From Vicugna vicugna (taxonomy: Eukaryota): a DNA stretch of 64,000 nucleotides. Where the stretch lies: positions 374,001 to 438,000 of the forward strand of contig MU058252.1 in the NCBI GenBank assembly GCA_013265495.1, written 5' to 3'. The notes beneath the pieces are model-generated. The model was not told the origin of the DNA. It saw only the letters and a list, made by a program, of their open reading frames with translations, and made no database searches. Below are positions 33,111 through 45,897 of this stretch, one piece after another (the first letter of the stretch is position 1; every line of letters starts with the position of its first letter). The position numbers were made by a program, and so were the translations under genes.

Positions 33111-35277
33111 GCGAGCGCAGAGAGAAGCCCTTGAGCGCAGAGAGAAGCCCTTGAATCGTGCAGAGAGAGCTCTAGTGGACAGGGAGGGGAGGAAGCAGAG
33201 GACGGTAAAGACCAGACGACAGGACCACCGCCACAGTGGGGGCGGGGCGGCGGTGGGGTGCACTCTGGTGGGGGCCCCCGAGGTCCTCTGCACTCTGCCC
33301 GGAGCTGCAGGCAGGCAGATAGCGGTGGCGGCCTCTGGACTGGCTGGGGGTTTCTGGTTTCTGTTGGTCTCTGCAGCAGAGAAGCAGGAAGGGGAAGTGC
33401 ATTGAAGGAGAGCCCTTCCTTGAAGGCAGGTAGCAAGAGGAAAGCTGTTTCCTCAAAGGGAGGGAGACAGTAAGACACTGTCCTGTCACATTCTTGGTCC
33501 CTGAAGGCCTTCACCTGGGGAGGCAGAAGCAGTGTGTGGAGGAGGGAGGGGCGGCACCCTCACCCGCATAATTACTGGCACCCGCAAACACTCGCCCACA
33601 TCCCCGGAACACATGGCCGGGCGCCACCCGAGCCCGCGTCCCCTCCACCGCATGCTGACACCGACCTCCTGCACACTCACACACGGCTCCGCTCACCGGG
33701 CGATGTTAACATCTCATTATCTTTGTTACTGTAATTACATTATCCGCTGCTTTATGCAGAATTATCCTCCGAGGACTAATTGATGGCTCCATGTTTAATT
33801 CATTAATCATTAGCATCAAATTCGACAATTACAGTGCACACTGATTGTGGGATTGCAGGCGTAATGAGGGGAGAATTAACAAAGAAAAGGGAAAGCACTT
33901 GCCCTCCCTCGGGGTTTTGGGTTGGGGGACTTGGGGAGGAAGTTGGGCCTGTGATGTCTTTGGGTGAGGCTGGGGATGAGGGGGGAGTAAGATCTGGAAC
34001 CCAGGAGATGGAAGCTGGCAAGGGGTGGCAAGAAGCAGTGTCTGAGAAGTTAGGAACCGAGGCTGCTCCCTGGAAGGTTTCCTGGGAGGGCACCTGAGAA
34101 AGGCCAAGTTGCAGGGTCCTGTTAGGCAGAGTGGGAAGGGCAGGATTCTGGAGAGGGAGCATCAGCGTGTTACCTGGAAGGGGCTGGACCAGGGTGGACT
34201 GGCTGGCAGTCTTGGTGCCACACGTGTGTTAAGAAGCACTTGCTGTGTGTCTGGTCCTGCCTTGGGTGTCATGACAGATACACGAGAAACACAAACTTTG
34301 CCCCCACCTTTCGGTGCTGCACTGTCCCCAGAGCGTTTGGATGTGTGTCCTGTTCCTTTACCACCTAGTGGCTTCAGCTCAGAGCCTCCTGTTCCTGGGC
34401 TTCCAGGAACTTGACCCCTGTGCTTGCAGGGCAGGTCCCTCTGGCTTTGTCCAGCTCCAGGCCCCACCTCTGCCCCGTTCCTGACCCTCAGCACCTGGCC
34501 AGCTCCTCCACTCGCAGTTCAGACCCGCCCGGTGTGCCCCCAGGTCCTCAGACCTCTCTGGGCCATGGCCTTCTGGCCTCAGGCCCCAGCCTGTCTTGGG
34601 TTGACCGAGGTGAAAGGGCAGCGTAGTCTCCCAAGTCCGGCTCCGAGGCCCTGAGGCTGTTCCCAGTCTCCCCACGGGTGGCTTGGTGCCTGGGATGGGG
34701 GCGCACTGCTGGACCCGCTGCCCCGGCCTTGGCGCTCCCGGGGCCTTTGGTTCCCCTGGCTCTGCTGTTCCTCCCTGATGGGAAACGAAAGATTAATTTT
34801 CCCCAGCCCAACAGGATAATTACTAATACTAATTAGACATAATTACTTGAATCTGATACACATTTCTCGTCAGAATGGCAGCAAAGCTGAGGCAAAGCAA
34901 ACGGCATTTGGGGACTGGCATGTGGGGTGCAAGGCCTGACCAGGAGGGGTGGGGCTGGGGAGAGCAGAGGAGGAGCAGGGCAGGGATGGGGGAGTCAGCC
35001 CCACTCCCCCTACTTCCAGCTCAGGCTCCCTGGGAGGGGACTTGGGCAGGTACCTTTGTGTTCCTGGAGAGAGGAGGGGTGTGAAGCCTGGAACTGGGCA
35101 TGGAGGGCCCTGGAGGGCTCGTGTGAGGCCTCTGGTTCTCCAGCGAGCCTGGCTCAGTACCTGGTGAACCCCTCGTTTTTGGTCAGTATCCAGCTGGAAT
35201 TTCTCAAACTGCCCACAGTCACAGCCGCGCTTCCAGGAAAGCCTCCCCGCCCAGTCTGACCCTTCCCCCCCACCCAG

Positions 35278-35397
35278 GTGCCCCCCACTCGGCCAGCAGC
35301 CCGGCCTGGGCCGGCCAGCGCCCAGAGGGGCTGCACCAGCGCTCCTGCTCCGTGTCCAGCACCGACCAGTGGAGCGAGGCCGCTGCCCTGTCCCCAG
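35278..35397 (+). CDS. AGAP3: AGAP3 exon 12 (PH-domain insert; frame-preserving, 120 nt)
   Basis: cccag|GT ... CCAG|gtacgc; GAPHSASSPAWAGQRPEGLHQRSCSVSSTDQWSEAAALSP; phase 1/1. Confidence 0.8.
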
Positions 35398-36902
35398 GTA
35401 CGCAGGACCCAGTTAAGCCGCAAAGAGTGGGGAGAGGGGCCCGGCGGAGCCCTCCAGGTGGACTGGCAGAGTCTGCTTGCTGTCCCTTCTCCAGCTACCC
35501 CTCTGCTCTCCCCAGGCCCTCGCCAGCGGCTGGCGCTTGAGACCCTCCCTCTGCAGCTTCTTTGCCCGCCCACTGCTGTCCCCAGGCAGCGCTGGTGGCG
35601 CTCCCGCCTCCCCATCAGCCCCCCGCGCAGCCAGCTCATCAGCCTCACCACGGGGGTGACAGGGAAGCGGCTGAGTAGGGAGGTCGGAGGCTGGGGGCCT
35701 TAAACGAGTTCCGAAAGCAGCGACTTGCCCGCTTGGAGAGGGGGTCCCTGTAGACTGATCAGGGCTGGGGGTTGTCCAGAGAAGGGCCTCCTCACCCCAA
35801 CGCTGCCTCCCGGGAAAGGCTGAGGCCCCACCCGCCCTTCCCTCTCCCTCCCAGCCTCCTGCTCTCCTTCCTCTCTCGTCTTCTTCCCTATGTGGCTTTT
35901 TGTACCTTGCTCACATCGACTTCTTCCCCCTTATCTCTTCCCTCTTCTGCAAGCACCTCCACTCACACACACCCATCCTCTCCACACTCTCACCCATGTC
36001 CCAGCCCTTGGGCCACAGATCCCACCTGCAGCTCTGCGTTCCTGAGTGTGGGTGTAAGAGGTTGGAGACTCCCGGGAACCAGGCACACCTGCTGCTCCCC
36101 TGGCCCTCCTGCTACCTGCTGGGCAGCCGGGCAGTAACTCTTCTCCCTGATTTGCCTCCCAGAGACCCTTCCCAGGCCCCCATCCCGGTAGAGAAGCACA
36201 AATCCTGGCCTGAGCACGGCCAGCGGGAAGGAGCTGGGTGCCCGTGGCACAGGGCATCTGCCCACCCCGGTCCCAGCCCCAGCCCCCCTGGGGGCAGTGC
36301 TGGTGGAGGGCCTGAGAAGGGGAGCTGGGGCCCTGCCCGGGGTCACCGACCCTGCGGCCTGTGCTGGGGTGTTGAGTCTGGAGAGAGGAAGGCAGGGAGG
36401 GAGGGAGCGTGTCTGCCTCTAATGAAGTTTGACATTTAGTGCTGAGCGCCGGGCGGGGTGTGGGAGACGGAGCTTGATTAGCGCGCTCTAATTGACAGTA
36501 ATTAGGCAGCTCCCTGATTGTTTCTAATTCTGCTATTAATTGTGAGGAGCGGGGAGTGTGATTGAGGATAAATTTGGTGCGGAGCTGCTGGGGCTCCAGC
36601 TCCCTGTGAGTTCCCTGGGCCGCCTTCCACCCCTCCAGGCTGCAGAAGCCACCGTTTCCTCCGTGCCTTTATGCTGCTCTGCCTGAGCTTCCTCCACTGT
36701 CCTCCCCACCCTCTCTTCCTCCAGGGCTGGGGAAGCCTTGGGATTGGGACTTGCTGGTCAGACCCCTCCCAGGCGGGGCGAGGGTAGGAGTCTCCCCCGG
36801 GGCGGCCCAGCGGCAGTTCCGGGTGGAGCTCCCACAGCACAGGCAGGACGTGTGCTCGGCCCCCTCCCCTCTTCCCACACGTCTCCCCCTCTCCCTCACC
36901 AG

Positions 36903-37040
36903 CCAGTGGCCCAGCTGAGGTGCTCAGTTCCAGCCCCAAGCTAGAGCCTCCCCCATCTCCCCACTCCAACCGGAAGAAGCACCGGAGGAAAAAGAGCACC
37001 GGGACCCCCCGACCAGACGGCCCCAGCAGTGCTGCTGAAG
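36903..37040 (+). CDS. AGAP3: AGAP3 exon 13
   Basis: accag|CC ... GAAG|gttagg; ASGPAEVLSSSPKLEPPPSPHSNRKKHRRKKSTGTPRPDGPSSAAE. Confidence 0.93.
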
Positions 37041-38712
37041 GTTAGGGGGACCCAGAGGGAGACCGGGGCACAGGAGGTGGGCAGTGGGGCTTGGGGATAG
37101 TGCCCGAGAGTAACACCCTTTTTTCTGTATTAGGTTAAGCGCTTTCTAATAACAATTTCCAATAAAAGCAGCTCTACAAGTTTTGGTCATTTAGACCTGG
37201 TAGCTTAGTAAAGCTCTTTTTTCTGCCTACCTTCAACCCTTCCTGTTAAAATCTGAGCTGCTTTTCTTATAGAAGGTTAAAGGCAGCAGGCTGCTGCCCC
37301 AGTCACTCTTCCAAGACTGTGGGCGGGGCCTACGTTTTCTGTGTCTCTCGCATCACCGTGGAGTGGAGTGCGTGCTGGGCGCAAAACAGACGCTTAACTG
37401 GTGTGTGCGTTTGGGGAGTCTTTCAGTCGTCTTTAGACTGAGGAGCTCCAGCTCCTCGGACGTTGTTCTGTAGGACCCTTCTCATAATCCTGCTTCTCTG
37501 ATTCTCCCCAAAGTATGTTCAAAATCTGCCTCTTCTCGGTGGTTGGGGTCGCTTTGCTCCTAAGTTTTACCTGTGTCGACGCGTAGTTTCTGGTTGCTGC
37601 TCTGATCGTCAGGGTTAGGGGTGTGGGTGGGAGATCATCTCGATGGGAGAGAGCCACCTTTTGCGGCCGACCTCTGAGCACGCAGCGGCGCTTAGCGTTC
37701 ACGGCATGGGGGCCGCCTGTACCAGGCACCTGAGCCCCACAGCCGGTCACGCTTCTGTAGTTGAGAGACTGACAGCCAGGTGAGGTGGAAGGGTGGGGCC
37801 TGTGGAAAGAAAGGAACTTTCTACGAAGACAGTGTCTAAGGGTGCCTTAGAGCAGGAGCCCAGCAGGAGGACTTCCTGGGGCTGTCAGTGTCGCGAGGTG
37901 CGAGGCCGGCCTGGCAGAACTCGGCTCAGGCCTTCGCCTCCGGCTCACCCTGGGGCGTCCCCACAGGCCCCTGTCTCTTCGCCCCGTGACACACCCACGC
38001 TGTTAGGAGTTGCTCACCTAAGGGGCGGTGACCGTGGGGAATGGGATTCGTGTGGCTGTCTTCTGGGGGCCTGGGGCAGCAGAGCTTGGAACCGCTTTCC
38101 CACATCGCTTGGGGTCACAGTGGGGCCCCCAGTGCTGTCACTGCAGATGTCCTCAGGTCCCTGTCTGCTCACACATCTGAGGTAGTTTGCGGAGAAAACC
38201 TCCCTGCCCCTCCCCATCCACTGGCCCGCCCCGCCTGCCTGTGCCAGGGGAGTGGGGGAGGGGCTGGCTCCCAGGAGCCCCACGCTGACGCCGTCAGGAA
38301 TATTGGGTTTAATGAGCTGCAAAATGAGGCGGCTGCAGCTGACATGTACGGATGGTGCCCACACCCGCCTCCCCCTCCCAGCACTGCCTCCTAGTGCCCC
38401 GTCACATCCTTCTCCAGGTCCTCTGCCCTGCTTTTCTCCCTCTGATTTCCAGACCCGTCCTGGCAGTGCCGGGGATGCCAAAATCTTGCATCCCCACGTT
38501 TCTTACCCAGGCTCCACAGGTGGCTATGATGGAGGCTGGAGGGCTCCATGCTGCTCTCCAAGTCCCCCTTCCCCTGCCCCTTTGCAACCTGTCAGGAGAG
38601 CGTGGTCCACAAGGCCGGAGCCAGGGGAGATGAGTGCCAGGAAGGCAGGGGAATGGACGGACTTGTGGCAGTGGCACGTCCCTGGATGTGTGGGCTGACA
38701 GGTGCCACCTGA

Positions 38713-38943
<231 letters not shown>

Positions 38944-38977
38944 TGACCAGCCACCCCCGTCTCTCCGCCCGAGGCAG

Positions 38978-39068
38978 ACTCGACTCGGGAACCAGAATGC
39001 AGCTCTGGCCGTGCAGGCCGTCCGCACTGTTCGGGGCAACAGCTTCTGTATTGACTGCGACGCCCCCA
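38978..39068 (+). CDS. AGAP3: AGAP3 exon 15 (ArfGAP start, first CxxC)
   Basis: ggcag|ACT ... CCCA|gtgagt; TRLGNQNAALAVQAVRTVRGNSFCIDCDAP. Confidence 0.95.
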
Positions 39069-39134
39069 GTGAGTGCCGGGCCGGTGGAGCCAGGGTTTGG
39101 GGGTGGCTTAGAGAACACTGCGGGAGGCTTCTAG

Positions 39135-39449
<315 letters not shown>

Positions 39450-40042
39450 TGAGGGGACTGAGGATGGGGCCCAGTGGCCATGACAGTGAGAGAAGGGTTA
39501 AAACTTGCCGTTGCTCTGCGTGGCAGTTGGCCCCTTGGGTTCCCCTCCCCCTCCCTGTCACTCAGGCGCCTCACAACAACGGGCCCTTTCTGAGCCGTTA
39601 TCAGCGGGTCAGGGGGCCAGCAGGAGGCGCATGCGCAGGGCCCTATCGCTCTGCGGTGCGAAGGCCCGGCCTGAGCTCTGAGATGGGGAGAATGGGCGGT
39701 AGATAGGGTGGTGCGTGGGCCCCCAGGACAGGCCCCCGCTGCCTTTGTTCCTGTAGGGCCAGATAAGCTGCCACAGGAGAGCCCTGCCTGGCACCTTCCT
39801 GCCCACTCCCCCCCGCCCCCCACATCCCCAGTCCCCCTGCGGGCTTCCCTCCGAGTTCTTCAGAAGCCTCTTCCACCCTCCTTCCTCGCCCCTGCCCCAT
39901 GAGTGCCCTGGTTTCTCAGGCTAGTCTGGGCTCCAGCACTTTCTGTTCTCCCTGCCCTCCTCGGGCGCTGCTGTCGCTTCCTGACCACCCTCCCGGCCCT
40001 GCGCCTTGCCTTGGGCCTTCCTCGGTCTGGCTCACGCCCTGA

Positions 40043-40387
<345 letters not shown>

Positions 40388-40448
40388 TGAGAACCCACAC
40401 CTTTCCTGCCACGTCACGCCAACTATGAAAATGTGCTCTCTCCCGCAG

Positions 40449-40655
40449 TACGGGGTGGACGTGAGGAGCCGGGACGCCCGGGGCCTGACCCCACTGGCCT
40501 ACGCTCGCCGGGCTGGCAGCCAGGAGTGTGCGGACATCCTGATCCAGCACGGCTGCCCCGGGGAGGGCTGCAGCTTAGCCCCTGCCCCCGGCAGAGAGCC
40601 CGCCAACGGCACCAGCGCCTCCGCCGAGCTGCACCGAAGCCCTAGCCTCCTGTAA
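40449..40655 (+). CDS. AGAP3: AGAP3 last coding exon (ankyrin; ...SPSLL*)
   Basis: ccgcag|[39 protein letters not shown]...; TAA at 40653-40655. Exons 2-18 sum to 2354 nt, consistent with a phase-1 start. Confidence 0.96.
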   Translation, partial: YGVDVRSRDARGLTPLAYARRAGSQECADILIQHGCPGEGCSLAPAPGREPANGTSASAELHRSPSLL

Positions 40656-41100
40656 GGCCCAGGAAGAGGGCACGGGGGCCAGAAGGACTGCAGGGCCGGG
40701 GGCCCCACCTTCCCACGGGCACTGGGGGGAAACAGACACAGAGACTGAGAAGCAGGGATGTGGAGGACAGGAAGAGTCAGAAGAGCTCCACAGGAGGGAC
40801 TGAGAGGTCAGAGGCAACGCCTGGGATTTGCGCTGCAGCAGAGGGATTGGAGGTGCTTGGCCCCCTGTCCTCCGGTGCCGCAGAAGAGGGACAGGACCCT
40901 TTGGAGGTACTGTGAGGAGAGGGGAGCAGGACCTCGCCCTCCTCCAGAGTCCTACCTTCTAGTGCCAGCCCCTGCAGGCCTTCGCCTAAAGCGGAGCCTG
41001 GGGTGGGGCAGAGGTCGGGGGGTGACCTGCGAGTCCCATGTAAATGTGTACATTGGAATATTTATGTTTGTGTACATACTTGGTGTGTGTGTGATGAGCC

Positions 41101-41106
41101 AATAAA
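41101..41106 (+). terminator. AGAP3 poly(A) signal (full-length isoform)
   Basis: AATAAA ~450 nt after the stop, preceded by U-rich/TGTA elements. Confidence 0.8.
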
Positions 41107-44100
41107 CCAGACTGCGTGCGGCCTCGTTCTCCCCATTTGCCTCCCTGCCCTTCCAGGAGCACCCCGTCGTCCCCCTCCCTGTCGCTGCCTTCTCACCTTC
41201 TGCGGTGCTTAGGGTTTTCTGCCCCCTATGCTCACCTGAGGCCCCAGTAGTGTCCCCTCGCCCCCTACGTGCATTTCTTTCAGGCCTTTCTTGCTGGGCT
41301 GCAGTTGACTTTGTCAGCAGCGCCGGCAGTGAACCCCGACCCCAGGAGAGAGAGAGCTCCGTGTTTCCTCCTGGAAGCTCCTGCTGCTCCCCCGCCCCTG
41401 TCACCAGAGCATCTCCGCTGGTCTCCTTATTCTCCATATTCAGCTGCTAACCTCATGCCACACCCTGTACTGCCCAGAGTTCACCCAGAGAGAGAGGGCA
41501 GACGCACCAAGCCCCTCCCTAGTGTCTGGGAACAAGCCATACGGCCAGACGTACAGGGAGTGACACCATCCAGCCATCTGAGTGGCTAGATGTTTACCAG
41601 GGAGGGCAGTGCTTCCCTTGGCACTCGGGCCTAGGCTTGGCTTTTGAGAAACAGGAAGGAGGTAGGTCACTGATGGCAGAACAGCCCCCTCGACTCCCAC
41701 AACCTCTTTCCAAACTGGAGGCAGAATCCAGAGTGTCTGCTTTTCCCCTGACTCTCCCTTAGTTATCTAGAAGGAAGACCTGGGAAAAACCCCTCTGTAC
41801 CTGTTCTTGAAGGGTGAGGACTTGCTAAGTTAGGGCCCCCGCTCTCTGAGCCAGCCACTCCCCGTCCTGGAGCTGCTCTGCTGGTGGCCCCTGGGTGCAG
41901 GGTGCGGGTCTGGTGCTTTGCACGGGCACTGGCCTGTCGGGGAGGTAAATTAACCACGTTCCGCTACTGAGAGAGGAAACCAGATTTTATTTTCTTGATC
42001 CACAGCCCCTTTTGCAAGGCTGATAATAGCCTAACTAAAGATAAGGGCAGAACAGAGATGAGCTGGGGTGTGTATAAAGATGAGTTCCTAGGCTCAAAAG
42101 ACGCTAGCAAGCCTCACCTCCATGTTCCCTAAGGAAAAGCAGCAGCTTGAGTGGCTGAATACTGCCTGCTACAGTTTAGGAGGCTTCAGAGGTAAATTCA
42201 GGGAAAAAACGGCCGATCAGGGCCTTGGGTTTGCTAGTTCTCCTCCCTGTCCCCCTTCCCTCCCTGGGGGCAGAGCCAGAGGGCCTCTGCTCCAGTCCTA
42301 GACTTGTAGACACAAGTTCCTGATAACAAAATGACAACAGCTCCTGTGATCCTTGACCTTTGCTTGGCTTCTTCCCTACAAAGACTCTCACCATGAAGTT
42401 GGCCTGTGTGGGGGACAGTGCAGTCTAAACCAGGAATGGGGTTGGGCTGGGCTATGTTTTTGTTTTTGTTTTAAGCCTGATTCTCAGGCCTTGCAGAAAT
42501 TTAGCCAAAAGATAGAGAAGGCCCTGGACCTGTGTGTCCCAGCTGGGGAACTGACAGTCGCTAGCGACCGGTCATGGCTCCAGGTTTTATCCTGTTTGGT
42601 GGCCAAAACCACCTAGGAGGAAAGAGCTGCCAAGTGTCCTGGTCTGCCCTTCCAGGAGTCGGGACCAGCAGCAATCTGCCCTCTAGCTTAGGCGAGGAGC
42701 TCTGCCAGGACTGGCCTGGGCTGTGCCCCCCTCCCTTCTCTGACCTTGCCTCACTCAGCCTATTGTTTTCCTCGATGGCTATGTTCTGTTCCAGCTCTCC
42801 TCTTAAATCAACGTGGGCCATGTTTCTTCCCCAGAAGCCCCGTTAACCAGGATACCACCTTCAGCTGGTTTCTGTAAGAATTCTCTGCCTCCTGATGCCA
42901 GCGTAGGTATGTCTGTGCGGCCCGGCCCTACAGGTGGTGCAGGAGGGGAGTCCGGCCCTGAAGCGGGTGGGGGCGGCCAACAGCTTTAGTTGGTCTCATT
43001 TCCAGCTCGGTCTGCTCTGTTTCTTGCAAGTGCCCCTAAAGCCGCGTGTCCCCCATGTTGACCTTCCACTACAAATGCTGTTCCTTAATCTGCTCACAGA
43101 ACTCCAGCCCCAAAGCCTCTAATTCCTATTTCCGTAGCTTATCTCCCACAGCACACACCCTTCCAGAACCATCACAGATTCATTCCTGCCTCATCCACTT
43201 TGCAGTGGGCCCTTTCAACCAATCTCATTCTATAACAGAAGAGGATGTGCGATCCTAGGCTTTGTAAACGGTGCAGTGGGGTGAGGTGGGGTGGGAGGGC
43301 ATTACAATTAATACTGTAAGAACAGAGACCTGGAAATGGGTCTTTGACCCTCATGTCTGCAATATCAGAGTGTCAGGGATGGACTAAGCTGCTGCGTCCT
43401 CTGCACAGAAAAGGACTTACTCACAGGCTCACAGGTGAGGCGGCTGAGCCCCCAGCCTGCCCTGGTCCCCGACAGGACTGATAACCTGGACCCCCCCTGC
43501 TAACCTAGGGTCAAGTACTTCATTTCCCCTCATGATACAAAAGAGAGTGAATCCTCTATCCTGAAGTCTGCCAACTCTTCCAAAGAGCAGAAAGCAGAGG
43601 TGCAGAAGCTTGCCTGTTTAATGGTGAAGAGAAAAGAGGTGCCGGTTAGGAGCACGAGGTCTGGAGGCGTGAACGGCGGGCAGTGCCCGGAGCGGGGAAG
43701 GACAGAGTGGAGGTAGATTACACAGAGGAGGTGGCGAGTGCTGAAAGGTTTCTAAGGAGGCTAGTGACAGTTCCACCTTGTTTGTTTGCGTGTCCTTGGA
43801 CTAAAGACAGGCAAGATGGAGCCCACCCTAGGGCAGCAAGATGGAACTAAACTCTGGCTGAGGATCCAGGAAACACAGCTTTCCCAGTCCCTCTCAGGGG
43901 TGCAGACAGACAGGGATGGAGAGCTCCATATATACAAACTTTACACAAAATAAATAAGGAGCTGCGGTCAGCTTGGCTCGGTATCACCCAGATTCCTCCT
44001 GCCCCTGGCAGAAGTGACTCCAGGGCATTAGCCAGGAACCTCTCAGGTCCTGGGCATTTAAGAACCCGGTCCCTGCCCAGGAGCCCACCTCGGTCCCAGC

Positions 44101-44353
44101 AGCTCCTGAGAACCTAAGCCCAGTTAACTCTGAATCCTCCAGTCCGGGGTGGGGGGGTTGTCTCTGGAATGGGCTTAAGGCCAAGTGCCCTCAGCTAAGG
44201 TTGCCCAGAGAGCACCCCCAGAGCCACAGTCACTGCCAACAGAGCCCCAGCCGAGGGCAGAACCACAGTGGTAGCTCCACTGGTCCCCAGACCCTACCCC
44301 AGTCTCGGAGCAGACTCAGGAAGTCCTTGGCCTTCAAGGTCCTTGGGGGCCGC

Positions 44354-44910
44354 TCAGGGCCGGGCCCCCTGCTCCATCTGTTGGTGCTGGCTCCGCACAG
44401 CAAACCTGTTGACGTGCACAGGGATGGGCACGACAATCTTGGGGTTTCTGACAGGCTCCCCGGAGCGGCTGCTCACGTTGCCAGCCTTGATGCGCTTCCA
44501 CTTGGCCCGGCGATTCTGAAACCAGATCTTGACCTGCACCTCGCTGAGCTTGAGGGCGTGAGCGATCTGGGAGCGCTCGGTCAAGCTCAGGTACTTCTTG
44601 CAGTGAAACTCCTTTTCCAATTCCAAAAGCTGCTCGCTGGTGAAGGCGGTGCGGCGCCGCCGGCTTTTGCCCCCAGGAGCTGTGACTCCTGATGCTGCCG
44701 CCGGTGCCCCCTCTTCAGCTCCAGTCCCCAGGCTTCCCTTCAGCTTTGGTTTAGGTCCCAGGAGGGCCCCGGGCCCCCCCGCAGAACTGTCCAGGAAGCC
44801 GTCGTCCTCGCTGTCACCGCCCGAGCCCTCTTCCTCCTGCTCGCTGCCTGCCGGGTCTCCCGCTGGTGCCTCCAGCTTCTCCTCGTCTGAGCTGTACACC
44901 TTCCCCTCTG
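44354..44910 (-). CDS. GBX1: GBX1 exon 2 (homeodomain)
   Basis: cacag|CA GAG GGG AAG acceptor; [61 protein letters not shown] followed by the GBX tail [25 protein letters not shown] at 44356-44354. Confidence 0.97.
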
Positions 44911-45897
44911 CTGTGGGGAGTGAGAACCGACAGACGGGGAAGGCAAAGGCGAGGAGAAGGCAGACAGGTTGGAGGCGGCGCATGGCCAGGCGTGGACAGC
45001 ACACAGCAGGGACAGCAGGGAGATACGGACGGGATGTGGAGGGGATGAGATGGGGAGGGAGGGGACACATCCGGGGTGGGGGGTGGGGAAGAGGTTCGGG
45101 AAGACAAAGAAATGGGAAGAAAGGTATTAACCAGCACAGACTTCACTACGGCAAAGTGGGGGAGGCAATAGGCATCTATCAAAAGAGCACTGCCCCCAGG
45201 ACCGTGACCCCTCGAGTCTCCCCCCAAGCTCGTCTTGCTACCCACTAGCATCCCAGCTTTTCTCCAAACTCAGACCGAGGGCTTTCCACTCATTCACCAC
45301 CCCTCCAAAGCCAGACCATGCCAGCTGCAGGTCCCAGAATGAAGCAGAGTGGAACCTGGCTTAGGCCCCTTTCAGCTGCTATAGGCTGGGGTGCACTGTG
45401 CAGGAGCAGTGACTTGCAGGACAGAAGGGGAGGCTGCGGCTGTGGCTGCGGCCTCTGTTTTTCTCCCAGGACTCCTCACTTGCCCAGTGGGAGGAGACAG
45501 GGCTAACCCCTATTCTGTCTCCCTTCTCTCTTCCCTGGAATCTTAAGAGTCTCATTTCCAGATGGAAACTTCAGGGTCATCTGATCTCCCACCTCACCCT
45601 CTCCTGCAATCTGGGTCCAAGAAATCTTATCCTCAATCTGGGTCCAAGAGTCAAAGGTTTCCACACCCTACCTTTCCAATTCCCCATAACCAGACCAGAA
45701 CAGGGAGCGCCCCCAGCCATATGCCACCTTACCAGTGGCCAGAGTTTTCTTCCAATTACTTAGCATCCAATTACTTAGCATCCCAGGACCCTGTCCACCC
45801 TTCTACTCAGTTTTAAAAAGACATCATCTCTTTTCCACTTGCCCTCTGAGAAGCACAAACAGCTGCTTTCTGCTCAAGTTCAGAATCCTGAAGAACA

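Noticed and set aside
44911..45070. Signal-peptide-like N-terminus on the 238-aa homeodomain ORF
   Set aside because: Read-through of the intron polypyrimidine tract upstream of the GBX1 exon 2 acceptor
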